64,000 bases of DNA from Spizellomyces punctatus DAOM BR117 (Eukaryota). Below are positions 38,686-52,149 of this stretch, one piece after another. Position numbers and translations under genes: made by a program. Below the pieces are notes generated by a model. The model did no database searches and was not told the origin of the DNA. It was given only the letters and a program-made list of their open reading frames with translations. Numbering within the stretch: the first letter of the stretch is position 1; each line of letters begins with the position of its first letter. The DNA lies in the NCBI GenBank assembly GCA_000182565.2, contig KQ257464.1, one strand, 5' to 3'.

Positions 38686-40372
38686 ATCGTCTCAATATCA
38701 CTGCGGACTGGTCCAACGTAGCCGACCCCTGAAAACACAATGTGCTAGATGGGAGCTTGTTGTCTCAGTCTCTGATAGACCGTGCTGTGTCCCACGTCCC
38801 AGCTACTTACCCATCCAGTCGGCTAGTGCTACGAACGACAAGGAGGCCCGAGCACTGACAACGCTCGCTTACCTCTGATTTTACGCAAGTTGCTCCGCAC
38901 TACCTGCCACAAATTTGCGATGTGAACGGCCCATGATGTTCACAACCAACTCGAACGTTGTGACTTCGACAGTCCTTGGCAACTCATCATGGGGCGGATA
39001 TCAGTTTACCCATTAATGCGGCCGGCAATCAAACCAAGTGATATGTGCAATCCCAAACTTTCGATATCTTAGAGCTGCCTGTGCTTTCGTTTGCCCGTCT
39101 TTATTTTATCTAAACTCTCCTAATTGTGACATCGTACAATGTGCCACGATTAATTGCTGAAAATCATCCGCTGCGGAGTCCTACGTTCGGGTGGCCGCCT
39201 ACTTTTGGAATGGGTCCTTGTTCACACTCAAATCCTTTCGACCACTAGTGAACACCAATACGCTTATCCTTATCGTGCATTCACATGCAGACGTTCTTCT
39301 GATCCATATGCAGCGTGCTGGCTGGCCCTGCTGTGAAAAGACCCACAATTGGTAAATATGAGTGAGCTACACGTCAATGTCGGTCGTCCATCACGACATC
39401 CAGCGAGTACACAGAGTACGAGGGATCGCATAATAATGTCCCCCGTAGTGTGTGTTAGTCGCAGATGCGGATGGTTCATTAGTTGGCACAATGTGGGTAC
39501 GGTTGGGAGTTAGAATGGTTAAGTGAAGAGGAAAGTGGAATACATCCACGCATCGAGGGGAGACGTTACACCGAAGATGCAGCTTCAAACGGCTTCGCCG
39601 ACTGCTGTGCGTCAAAAGATGAGGTAATGAGAAGGTGGTAATAACGACCGTCAAACGGTAGCCTGAAGCACTGTACGTTGTGGACGAGCAGCATCAGGGA
39701 AGATGTCACAGACGAATCACACCTACACGGTGGAAAGCCAACACTCACAGAGAGAAGATCTCAGTAAATATGAGAGCAAGCTCAGGCATACTCACATACT
39801 GACGGATAGAATATATCTCCCACAACACGGTGTCGGTATGACATAAAGCACATTGCGATGCGACAGCATACATGAGCTTGACAACGACGTGTCTTGCGAT
39901 TATTATATTGGCGTCGGGGAAGGTAATCGCAATAATGAACCAGTAAAAGTCAGACAAAGATCACAACAAAACAGGCCACAAGCAGAACACAAACCGTCAC
40001 TCCGTCTAACCGAACCACAAACACACAGCAGCTTGATTCGCCAAATGATCAGGCCGCGGGCGTCCGGAATCCGTGTCAGATAGCCAACGGCGGAGAGACA
40101 GTTTAACTCTTGCTTGTCAAATTCCGTGTAGAGCGAATGCAGGTTCTTGAAGTCTTGCGTCGAATGAACGCAGCTGTCGTATTAGCATTACTGTTTCCTC
40201 CATGCTAGTCATCTCCGTCAGCCCCTCCCCTGAAGCGTCAGCCATCCCACACCACACCAGGGTATCTACACTACAAATGCCCCACCAGAATAATATACAA
40301 TTAGGAGATCCAGTATGTGCAGAGAAAAAAACGTCCACTAGCACCGAGTATGTACAACCACGATCAACTACG

Positions 40373-41293
40373 CTAAGTCAACGAATTGACATCCTCTAAA
40401 AAATTGGTTGGGAAATCCGATCCAATAAACGAGGTGTTCAAATTAGTTCCACCAATTCGGTAAAAAGTTTCGCGATCACGCTCATATGATGCCTCAGGAT
40501 ATTCCCATTGTGACAGCGGAGGGGTAGAGTAGTCGGCAGCTTCCCAATCTTCTTCGCTTTCATCACCATCTCCGCTCTCATCTTCGTCCAGACCGAGTTC
40601 CGCGAATGCTTCATCCAGCAATTTGTCCACCTCCTGATCACTCGCGGCGGACTGATCTGCGGTAGCTGTCGATGATTTACTCTCTTCCTCTGATACTGTG
40701 TTCGATGAACGGTCATGAACTGAATGATGAGCAGGGCGGTAAGAGTCTCCACGAAACCTACGAGGACCGTTCCGCTTGTTACGTCGGCCAAGATTCGATC
40801 GAGCTTGACGCTGGAGCGAATTCGAAAGCATCGCATGAGGTCGCCCTGACTTGCCGTACTGAGATCGACGTCCGGTTTTTCTCAAATCAGCTTTTGACGC
40901 CAGGGGAATGTTAGAACCGTTCCACATCCGTGGAGCTCCATTTGCAGAAGCAGCAAATGACGGTTGATACCACATATATTGTTGCGCAAGTTGCGGCATG
41001 AAAGGGTTAAGAGGGTAGAAGAATTTTTGCTGTTGGGTGCGCATGTCTTTACGTTGAGCTGCTGGGCGGCGATTCTTTCCGAAGCGATGCCGGTCGTGTC
41101 CATCTAAATGTGTAACATGGTGACGGTCAATGTAATGTCGTGACATCAAGTTGAAAATGTCAAATTGATTCGTGTGTTTGGTGTTCCGAGGTTGCTGGTC
41201 TTTTCTCCGTTGTGTTTTGGGTCCCGCTCGGGCAAGGACAGGAGAGGTTCGAGGATCTGCGGGTACGTGTGGCGGGGGTGAGAGTACCGACAT
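40373..41293 (-). CDS. Hypothetical single-exon disordered protein with a basic N-terminus and acidic C-terminus
   Basis: 306-aa ATG-initiated ORF with an R/K-rich first part, a D/E-rich tract and an aromatic C-terminal motif (WEYPEASYERDRETFYRIGG). Confidence 0.65.
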   Translation of the reverse strand: MSVLSPPPHVPADPRTSPVLARAGPKTQRRKDQQPRNTKHTNQFDIFNLMSRHYIDRHHVTHLDGHDRHRFGKNRRPAAQRKDMRTQQQKFFYPLNPFMPQLAQQYMWYQPSFAASANGAPRMWNGSNIPLASKADLRKTGRRSQYGKSGRPHAMLSNSLQRQARSNLGRRNKRNGPRRFRGDSYRPAHHSVHDRSSNTVSEEESKSSTATADQSAASDQEVDKLLDEAFAELGLDEDESGDGDESEEDWEAADYSTPPLSQWEYPEASYERDRETFYRIGGTNLNTSFIGSDFPTNFLEDVNSLT

Positions 41294-42729
41294 GGCTGAC
41301 GTGCACAGTCTATTGACGAGTATGAATAAAAAGCGGTTCTTTCTAGCCTGGTAGCGTTCGCTTTATCTGCGTACCAACTCTGGTCGTTCTTCTTGAGTAT
41401 CTCTTTTTGCTGGGAATTTCTTGGGGGAGAAAGAAGGTGTCGGGGGATTTCTTTCAAGGGGGTCTCCTTTTATACTCCCCCTGTGGGAAAACGCCCGATG
41501 ACTGCGCGATTGTCAAAATTGCATGCATGTGCCTGTGAAGGGGAGCCAATGAAATGACGCGCAATGCGCCCACTTTCTACATATGGCTTAATCAAGTTAT
41601 GCATTACGTAAACAGAACACCGCCTTCCAGAAAGCCAAAACAGCGTTTTGATTTCTTCAAGTAGGTCACGCACCAACGAGACCAATCGCTTATTGCGGGT
41701 TGGGGGATGCATTTCAATTGCTGTGGGGCATGACCAGCGACGGGCAGAATCAGCTGCATGATGAAGGAGATTTTAGGGGGAGGCGACTTTCAACCTGGTT
41801 CCATCAATTGGTCGTCGTTAATTTCACTGCAGAGCCCACTTGAGACTATGTTTTAACCAATTGGAACAGCATCAGTACCTACAATAGTTGATCGTTTTTC
41901 AGAATGGGTTAGAATGTGCACCCACTGACTTTTGGTCAATATTTTCATAAACCACTTGCAATTTCACCTCCGTCAATCGGCTACATATATATGTAAAATG
42001 TATTTGAATTGTTAAAGACAATTACGGTCGTTTAATGCCAATGCACACTGTTCGATCGCTCGTCTCAAAGACGGTGCCTTGTTTACATTATTTCTGCCAT
42101 GTCATGTGTATGTGTAATTACATCATCATGCATTCAGTTTCACCGTCTAAAAGCTTACCTCTCTGGTCTAAAGCAACGAGAGTATCTTTGGGTGGCACAA
42201 TTAAGAAGGAGCGATGCAAAGTTCCAGTTGAATTAAGTTGTGCAGAGCTGCTCTTAGCAAGGAGATGGGATTATTTGCTTCTTGTCATTTAACCCTGGTG
42301 AGCAACGGTATGTTTGCAGTCACCCTGACTGTTCTGGACGATAAGCCATGAAAGCGTTGAGCGCATTGGGGTGATCTCTGCAATAATGGTCGGAACACCT
42401 CCCTGAATTCTCCAGGAATTGTTAGAGGAATCACTGGCCCTCGTTCTACACATTGGTTGAATGAAGCTCTACACTTTCCAGTCTCGACAGATGTACACTC
42501 CCAACTGCAGCTCTGAGATGCTGGCTTAGATGGCAGTTAAAACATCCTGCGCCAACATTAGATGGCCATTCATCCTGACATAGTGGATAAGAACGTAAAT
42601 GGACAGGCAGATGCTTCAAAGTGACACGCAGCTAAGCCCGCTCTGGGACGACTAAGCCTGCACCAATTGGCAGTCCACACGTCCAAACACCCCTGACTCA
42701 TTGATGCAACTGCAACCTCATTTCTGTAG

Positions 42730-45526
42730 GTTGTCATCGAACAACCGCAACTTGTCACAGTGGATAAGCTCAACCTTCCGCTGGGTAAAGAAGAACGCGG
42801 CCCGCTCCTTCCAACAGACAGAACGGGGCTCTTGCACGACGTACACTTTCCATCGGAGCAAGGCAGTTCTAGTCATTCCCAAGAGTTTGAGTCAGTTTCC
42901 ATTGAAATGGGAAAGTTGGTTCCAACAGAAGGTTTTGAGGACGGAATGGACCCTGGAACGGAGCGGAGAAGGTTTATAGCGGCAGAAACGGCAATACCGC
43001 GACAACCGCATGAAAAAAATCCTTTATGGAAGGATGCGGGCAATATCACCCTATTGATTGTTCTTTGTGAGTAGGATATTGTGAAGAAAACATACGGCAT
43101 TCCCTGACTAAAGAATTTCTCACGATGTGAACATCCTTATAGACTTGCTCCAAGGCGTACCTCTAGGACTAAGTTTTGGAGCTGTGCCCTTCCTTTTAAA
43201 GTCGAAACTGAGCTTTGCCGACATTGCACTATTCTCCCTCTCATCCTATCCATACTCTCTCAAAGTATGAATTCTATTTCTCTATCCTGTTGTTGTTTCC
43301 TGCTCGATCTCAAATTTCTGATCGTTTGGCCGCAGCTGCTCTGGTCCCCGATTGTTGATTCAGTATTTTTTAAAGCGATTGGTCGACGAAAATCGTGGAT
43401 CGTACCGATTCAGGCACTGACCGGGACATGTTTGGCGGTCCTTGGATCTCGTATCGATGAGATCATGAAACAGGTAGAATTGGTATTCGAGTCAATTTTA
43501 CATCCTCACGTAATGCTCATCCACATCGAAATGTCCTCCTCCTAGGAGCATTTGCCCGTCACCATGTTGGCAATAGTATTCACTGCGCTCGTCTTCCTCT
43601 GTGCTACGCAAGGTATAGCTTTTCTCATTCAACATGTGCTCTGTTCTGGTAATCCATAATGAGCATTTTTGTAGATATTGCCGTGGACGGATGGGCGCTG
43701 ACCCTTCTTCGAGATGAGAATAAGGTAACTACTTGTTTTTTCGGAACTTTATTGCGGCATTCTCTAACCGTGACTGTTTCAGCATTTTGCCTCAACTGGT
43801 ATGTCGCCTCTGTGAAACGCCGTCACTATCTGGCGTACGAATTTGACGAGTGATTATGTCGTATGATAAAGCACAGACAATAGGATTGAACACAGGTGAG
43901 TTTTATCTCGTTGTGCCCACGAACCTTGATCGCGTTTCCTGATATCCATGTTCAAAGGATATTTTTTATCCTTTACCGTCTTTCTTGCCCTGAATTCCTC
44001 CGAGTTTTGTAACAAGTACATACGAAGCGTACCAGCCACCGAAGGTGTATTGCAATTGGGATCGTACCTTCAGTTCTGGGGAGTTATGTTCTTGCTCTGT
44101 GATGCTTGGTTAGTTTGCTTTAAGAAAGAGGTACGTCACTTGCGTCGATGGAGAAGGAACGCGCGACATTGTAGGTCTTATGGGCTGTGCTATTTCCAGG
44201 AGATTGATCATACCGAAGCGATCGACGAGATTAAAACGGTAAGGTTCTTGAAGGACGTTTTTTTCGATAACATAAACTGGAACCGTTTGTTTCAGGTCTA
44301 TCAAACCATTTGGAAAGTCTGCATGATGCCCCGTGAGTGCATCGTTCAACATTTACTGGTCGCCATTTAAACATTCTTACATAACTGAATGGCAGACATG
44401 AAGAAGTTCATTGGAGTTCTGATGGTAGCCAAGATTGGCTTCATTGCAAACGAAGCGGTCACACCCCTCAAATTGCTAGACAAAGGACTGCATAAAGAAG
44501 ATATGGCATTGTCGGTGCTTATTGACTTTCCCTTCCAAATTCTATTTGGTTACTATGCAGCAAAATGGAGTAGTGGTGCACAGCCACTTCGGCCGGTAGG
44601 AATCAATGTACTTTGCAAGTACTTGCTTGTACCCTAACCTTCTAGTATGCACAAGTGGCTTTACGCTTTCTATGGTCGTCTCGCATTTGCCGTTGTGGGA
44701 ATGCTACTAGTTCGAGCTTTTCCATCAGGCGGAGTAACCTCCTCGTACTTCTTTATTGTGATATCGGCAACTGTGTTAAACTCCTTTACAAGGTAAATCG
44801 CCTTTCTGGATACTCCCCGTTTCTAAAGGCAAGGCACTTATCCGTTCATGCAGCACGGTTCAGTTTGTGGGAATGGGAAGCTTCTTCACAAAAATCAGTG
44901 ACCCGCTGATAGGTATAGTTTATAGTTTACTTGTTCGAGTCCCAAGCTGGATGCATATCACTAACTGATCATCGACACTTAGGTGGTACTTACATGACTT
45001 TGGTACGGTCTTTGCTTATACCCATGGATATGGTACTTTATTGCAGGCTTACATCTGATTTCTTCATCGTCTAGCTCAATACCTTAAGTAATCTGGGAGG
45101 GACCTGGCCGCGCTTCTTTGTCCTCGAGGTAAATGAACGGCTACCCCTGTGTATGCTATATGGAACGATGACACTTTAACTCTGGCATTTCTTGCGCAGG
45201 CAGTAGATCACTATACAGATGCTCACTGCACCGTTACGGAACCGGAATCTTCAGTCTATCCAGTCTGTCTAACTGACACGCAAAAGGCTCACTGCAAATC
45301 CCTGGGAGGAGAGTGCATCGTCCGCCGCGATGGATATTATATCGTTGGCATCACGTCCGTTATAATAGGCTTGCTGACGTTACTCCTATATGTGAAGCCA
45401 CAAATCGAGAGGTTACACAGATTACCAGACAGAGCATGGCGCTTGAGGAAGGAAAAGAGCGAAGATGACGGAGTAAATGGGACAGGCGGCAGAAGCGAGG
45501 AAACGGAAAAGCTCCTGGGACAGTAG
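42730..45526 (+). CDS. Acetyl-CoA transporter (AT-1/SLC33A1 family, MFS); start upstream uncertain
   Basis: Spliced motifs NITLLIVLYLLQGVPLGL, FSLSSYPYSLKLLWSPIVDS, GRRKSWIVPIQ, CATQDIAVDGWAL, ASTAQTIGLNTGYF, GGTYMTLLNTLSNLGGTWP and GGECIVRRDGYY. Confidence 0.93.
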
Positions 45527-45910
45527 CACTCGACGAGTACCCTGTAGACGAAAATCCTCACATTCTCATTCTGGGCATCAAGCAATCTGGTATTGCACTC
45601 ATGCGCAAAACAGTCATCAGCCTGGCTATTGAACGTCTACCGGGGAAAATGTGGGTGACCTGGATATGCAAACTTTTTTGGACAACAAGTTATTTAGAAC
45701 CTCACTTGGAGAAAGGAATAGGATAGATCCATATCAATAGAAGTGTTCATCAGATTATCATTATTTCTTCTCACGAAACCTCTAAAGCTTTGGAGGTGCT
45801 TTTTCATTTATTATGTATAGGATCCCAGCTTACGGCGATATACGACACCCAACTCCATTTATACAATATGTAAATGAACCCACTTTTTCACTAGCTACAT
45901 CATATAAACC

Positions 45911-46486
45911 TCACGACTTTGGAGCGGCAGCACAGTAACCTGTCCACTGAGCTTTTTTGCAATTACACTTGTTCTGGATGACCCATTTGCTGTCTGTGTT
46001 AGCCAACCCGAGCAACCTCGTCAGCACTTTGTTCACTTTTTTTTGATTTCACAAATTATACTCACCAGCGCACTGCAACAAATTCCCCTTGCCATTCCCT
46101 GTAATGCCGCCATCACAAAACGTGTATCCCGTCTCGTACGATCCACAACTGGCACCCGCTTCAAAGGGTCCGGGGGTGGACGTTGGCAAGGTAGTTTGAG
46201 TCTTTGAGGCACAGTACGGGGCGTACTGGGGCTGTTTTGCACAAGGCTTCTTGCACTTGTTTTGCAGCGTCCAGTTTCCTATATTGTCTAGAATATTAGC
46301 AAAATCCACATGCATTAATAACCAATGCCTCGACATACCGGTAGCAGCATTACACTGTAAAAACAGCTTGCCGTTACAAGCGTACATGTCTTTTGCGGGG
46401 TTACATGAATCGCCAACGGTTACCGCGGCTGCTGCAGCGACCAAGAAGCCAATGACGGCTAGGAAGCAGGTGGTGTAGGTACGCAT
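45911..46486 (-). CDS. Small secreted cysteine-rich protein with two 6-Cys modules
   Basis: Signal peptide MRTYTTCFLAVIGFLVAAAAA and three exons. Both modules fit GxSC...C...LQC...WxxQNKC..C...YCA and are separated by a T/P linker. Confidence 0.8.
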
Positions 46487-47131
46487 GATAATTCTTTATA
46501 ATACGTATATATAAAAGATCAAATGTCGAGACAGGCTAGTAGAGGTTGGCTATGAGGGAAAGGGCGACGGACCGTCCGCTTTTTATGCACAAGAGTGAAC
46601 CATCCATAGTCGTTCTGTTTAGAAAAACTCAAAAGAGCGCTCGACGTCACTGGCTTTGAAAAGACCCGTCTTCCCATTCTTTGATGTGGGATTCCTGCTT
46701 AGAGAGCTTTCCCTCCACAAAAGAAGATGGAGGAAAGAAGCTTTGGACGCCCGCTGAGCCCGCCAACTGCATGCTGACTTTTGAAAGTTCAAAGTCGCTC
46801 CGGGTGAACCATCAGGCAAGAACATAGAGTTCAGTGAAAACGCGCTTTACGTAATCAAGCGGACATTTTAAAGAGTTTAAACAGTTCGACGTGTCGCACT
46901 GCTTCTTTTACCCGCCAGCGCCCCGTAAAAGATCTGTAACCTTTCCCAGGACATCTTCTGAAATTCGGGAATCTGGATGCATTCTTTTGGGGTGAAAGTC
47001 ACTCCCGCCGAGTGGAGATTTGATGATGATTTGCTCATCAAGTACCGGAAGAAGAGATTAACTATCGATATGTTCGACATCTATGTACAAGCCCCAGCAG
47101 TATATCTCTTATAATCTATGCGCAGCTAATT

Positions 47132-49258
47132 TTACCCAGGCCTATTCTGAGACATATCCGGAGAAACTCTCTGAGCTGGATACATGTAGGTATAAGGAAC
47201 CCCAGGATGACAGGTACATGAGTGCGAGGGATGATTATTGTACGGATGTGGATGAGGGTACACAACCACTTGATACGGGTATGGATATGGATAAGGGAGT
47301 GGTGCAGGATATGGCTGAGATTGTACAGGAAGATGCGCTGGAGGCAGGCCAGCAGTAGGGTAACTAGTAGGAAGACATTGGTCTGCTCTTTGAAGAGCCC
47401 CCTGTGTTGTCTCTGGTAGCGACGCATTTCGGGAGGGGTGGTCCTTGTCCGTCAAGCACTTTGAGGGGCCCGGCAAATTGTTATTTCCTGCTGCTTGAAC
47501 AGTTTGTGTCCCACGAAGGCATCCCTCACTACCGTTCGACGCTGCAGGAAACAGCGGACCCTGTGCGCCGGATAGACCACACACCGGAAGGTGGCAGCAA
47601 CACTGAGCATGATGGAAAGGATAAGGCATCGGAAGGGGTCCAGCAACCGGTGCTCTGATCGATATCGGAGGGGTATGAAGGTGGCAAGAGGCATCAAAGT
47701 CCACATGTGCATCCATGCGCGATATCAACGAACCAGAAGCTGGGAAGCGCGGATGTGGATGTACCATGCTTGGTTGTGGATCCGACGACATTGCTGATTG
47801 CGGGTGACCGCTTGGGGTTGAAGTAATTTGCGTAAATTGAATTGAGTCCGGTCCCAAAGGTTGAGAACCCAAGTGATGAGTGTATCCGCCCGATGACGGA
47901 TCCTCGAAAGACCTATTTAGAAATAGGGGTTGAGGGGCTGGCGTGGCTTGAGCTGGTGCCTCCATAGTCCGTCCTGCGTTGTGACTGTCTGGCACTGGCA
48001 AGGGGGTGGAACACGCGAGCGATGGTTGAGACACATGTTCACGTGGTCGGGTTTCTGAGGCCCTGGTTGTGCATAGTGTCGAATGATTGGTGGCCTGCAC
48101 AGTCACAGGTACCGGGGAGTAGTGTGGTCCATTTTCTATTCCGCACGAGGCACTGGTAGGCAGTACAGTAGACTCTGAAGTACTGGTTCGACCAGAACTC
48201 GTCACATTAGAATCGGTGCCACGACGGGAACCTCTCCGCGACATGGGCGGAGTGTCCCGTGTCCCCATCTCGACTCTTCGAACCATCGCTATGGTGGGGG
48301 ATATCGGGATGGCTTCGGACGCCGGTGATGCGGGTGGCGGAGTGGCATAAACAGGATCGCTCATCGATCGGGCGCAAACAGGCGACATTCCTAGGGGAGA
48401 CATAATACCAAACGAGGTCTCAGCATTATTGCTAAACCATGCGCCCAAGTCTGAAGCTGGCGATCCCAAGGACATGGGCGAAGGTGGCACACTCGCTCCT
48501 CGCTTGGTTGCGCGCCGCTTTGGAGCACTATCTGTGCGGGGTAGATGTAGATCGTAGTGTTGCTGCAGATTATCCTTCCTCGCGAAGCGCCTGTTGCATT
48601 CCGGCCATGAGCATTCAAATGGTCTCTCGCCCGTGTGCGTTCGCTCGTGTCGTACTAGATGCGTTCTGCGGAAATGAGCAATTGCAAGCATCTATCAGTC
48701 ATGATCTTTGAGAGACTATTATGAAATTAGTGAACCTCACTTTGTTTTGAAAGACTTCCCGCAATCTGGTACTGGACACATCAACATGCGCGTGAGCTTG
48801 CTCTTCCCGCTGGGAAATGAATGCGCGTGCCATTTCAAGTTCCCTCGCGTGCTGCGTTCCGCAAAAACGTAGGCAGCTTCCTGTGCCTTTGACTGTTCAA
48901 GAACGGTAGGATGGGCCTGTGCTTCGATCGACGCGCTTGGAGGAGCCGTAGCAGAACGCGGAGTTGGTAGCTGTGAGGACGCATGAATAGGAGTTAAGCC
49001 CAGTTCCAACGTAGAGCCATTTCGTTCGGAAACATGTTTCGGTAGAGGAGTGCACGGGAATCCAGAAGGTCCAAAAACCAATGACTTGGAGGCACCAGGA
49101 GAGCCACTTGTATGCGGAAGTCCACTATACCCACTTGGACTGCCGTCTGAAATATCAGGAGAGCCCGTGGTTGACACAATGCCGGGTCCTATTGCAGACA
49201 GGTGCGCAGGTTGGTCACCAGCGCTTGCAGGCCTACCGCTGGCAGAGGCAGCTTGCAT
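47132..49258 (-). CDS. C2H2 zinc-finger transcription factor with two fingers
   Basis: Removing intron 48740-48666 gives [53 protein letters not shown], followed by an S/P-rich tail ending in PY repeats. Confidence 0.88.
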
Positions 49259-50619
49259 TCTTTGCAGCAATGGCTTACACTGACAGCCCTCAGTCGCAAA
49301 ATCCTGTGTTAAGGCGTCTCAGCCTCACCGCGAGCTCGCCTGTCGCCACAGTCGAGAGACGAGGGAAGTGTCAAGAAGGCACGCAAATGCAACAGGTCTC
49401 ACCGCAATAGGCCAACCTACATAATTGGTAGAAGAAACAAGAACGGATGTGAGTGATACACAGGTAGTTGGAAGGTGGAAGTAGAAACTTTTTCGTGCCG
49501 CGAGGTCCGCGTCTTGTTACGAGGTCGCACACATGCGAACCATTCCTCCATGACAGCAATTCCCATTTTACCTTTCTTTGCCACAACTCCTGCCAGTGCA
49601 TCAAAGCGCAACAAGAGCGTTTGGCACTGAAAAAGAAGCAACCCCCTTGGACAGCTGCCCAGGAGTAGGTTGCCAGTCTTTTTTTAGTCTCAAGCCGGTC
49701 GGGATGGAGGAGCACCCCAGTGCACCCAATTCTCTACTGTCCCCACTAGCTTCAAATCTGGAAATCCTCTTATGCTCGGGTGCGTAAATGTATTTTTAAT
49801 TCCCGCTTGCAAAATGAGGTTGAGCGTGAAGACGCCACGATGTGTGCCAGTGTGCAAGTGTGCAAAACGAATTGGATCTTGGAATTTCGAGCTTTTATCC
49901 AAGGCGAGCAACCGTGCCACCAAGCAAATCGAATCGGCAATGAAAAAGTACTTGGATTCGGATTGTTAAAAGTATGGTGTGATTGTGAAGAAGTGGATTG
50001 CATTTCAAATGCGGCTAAGTGCATTAAATGCTCTCATAAGCAGACCTCCGACGCGTTCCCCAACGCGTCCGCAGCGTTTAAACACTCCTTGTCGAACGCA
50101 TGGGTGAGCTATCCGACAGTTTATGAATTGTAAGCGCTTGATGCTTGAGAATGCGCCAATTTGCTGAGCAAGGTTTGTTTAGCTCATTTATTCTAGCGGT
50201 GAAGGATGGCTTCGCCAATATTCGATGTATTGAGTACTACATTCATTGATGAGTTATGACTAGTCGCTACATGTATCGTCGATGCCATTGGAAATGTCAT
50301 ACTCGATGAAATCAGTTCCATTCTCATCGCCGTTTTCTACATGGGCTGTTATCTCCGCGCAACCTCTCGTATCTCGCTGTCATCACTTTCAACCGTTCCT
50401 TATTGTAGCCCCACGATCGCCTTTACTGTTATTAATAATTAACTCTAAATTGTCTGACACTGCTTTCTTTGAGGTCACAACACTCATTAGCACATCTCCC
50501 AAAAACACCGTTGGAGACGGGCTCGAAAAAAGTGGTGTTCATGGATCTTGCCATTACGTGATATGTCACGTGACAACTCCACTCTCGCGTTGACGATCGG
50601 TTAACGAAAGCCAGAACGA

Positions 50620-52149
50620 ATGCCCGAACTGCGAAGGAGTGCTCGCAAGATGTCGTTCCCCGAAACCCATATCCTGACTTCTATCTCCTCTGTAGCTAGA
50701 CCGCATGGTGCTTGTCCAGTGGGTCTGGATATAAACTTCCATGAAGAACTCAACCTTGCGACGCACAGTCCCTCCCCCATTTCCCCCATTCATACCACTG
50801 ATGTTGAGCAGGACTTGTTTACACGTCGAAATTCAGAAAGTGAAGTGAACGACCCCCTTCTACTGCAGCAACACAAGAAGCAGGCTGAAGAGCTCAATGA
50901 ACTACGCAAAAGAGGAAAGGCGGGAAAGCAATTGACTGCATTTTATGAGCGGCAGAACGAGTTAATTGACGACTTGCTACGGCCACCTGATACGAGGGAA
51001 GAAGGCGAAGCAAAAAATTTGGTGAAGCTCAAGGTTGCAGTGTATGGTTCACTGTTGGCAAATATTTGCTTGTTTGCCTTGCAACTCGTAGCAGCGATCC
51101 TATCTGGCTCATTGGCATTATTTGCAACAACGGCTGATGCTTTTATGGACCTTGCTTCTTCGGCGGTATTGGTATATACGGGCCGCGCAGCTCTTTCGCA
51201 AAATTTCCATCAGTATCCCACTGGGAAAACGAGAATGGAAACGGCTGGGATAATCGTCTTTGCCTCACTCATGGCTACGTTATCTGTGCAGTTGATGGTA
51301 AGACAGCTTGACGGCGGATAGATGGCAATTTGCCTGTTGTCTTCAATAGTTTTTTGTTCGGTAGGTGGAAGGGGCAAGGGCTCTCATTAGCAGCAGCCAT
51401 GAAGTCGATCTCTCGCCCTTATCCATTGGCTTGATAGCAGCAGCCATCGGTACGTTGCGTGTGTCTCATATCCAATATCAAAAACAACGATTGTTGACAT
51501 CAAACCGCTACCTCAGCAACCAAGGGCGTCCTCTACTTGTACTGTCAAGCTGTTTCCCAATACCCGTCCGCCAGAATTCTCGCGCAGGATCACCGCAATG
51601 ACATCTTCATGAATTCCATCGGAATTACACTTTCCGTTTTGGGCCAAAAAGTCGCATGGTGGCTAGATCCAGCGGTAATTGACATGAGCGCGAGGACTTG
51701 AAGCAACCGACTGACGTCTGGGATTTATTACAAAGGTGCGATATTGATCGCTGCTCTAATCCTCAGATCGTGGGCCGGAACCGCACATGGTAACTTCCTT
51801 GCCGTCGTTGTATGAAAATAAACATCTGATAACGCATTCTTTTTTAGAGCATATCCAATACATTGTGGGGAAGACAGCAGAGCCCGCTTTTCTGCAAAGG
51901 GTTACTTATCTCACGTTGACGCACGATCCCCGCATTCTACAGATTGATACCTGCCGTGCGTATCATGCTGGAAATAATTTTTTTGTCGAGGTGGACATTG
52001 TGCTGCCGCCCAACATGCTGTTGGCGGAGGCTCACGATATTGGAGAGGCATTGCAAATTAAGCTGGAGACTCTCCCGAACGTGGAGCGAGCATTTGTTCA
52101 TTTGGACTACGAGACGACACATGCTCCAGAGCATCGAAAGATGCGCTAA
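50620..52149 (+). CDS. Cation diffusion facilitator, Mn-CDF/MTP-like metal tolerance protein
   Basis: FYERQNELID, SGSLALFATTADAFMDL, YPTGKTRMETAG, AQDHRND, WWLDPAGAI, IDTCRAYHAG, VEVDIVLP...HDIGEALQIKLE...VERAFVHLDYE. Confidence 0.93.

Noticed and set aside
37500-40350. Long intergenic region considered as a possible transposon relic
   Set aside because: I recognised no transposase or reverse-transcriptase motif, terminal repeat or coherent reading frame.
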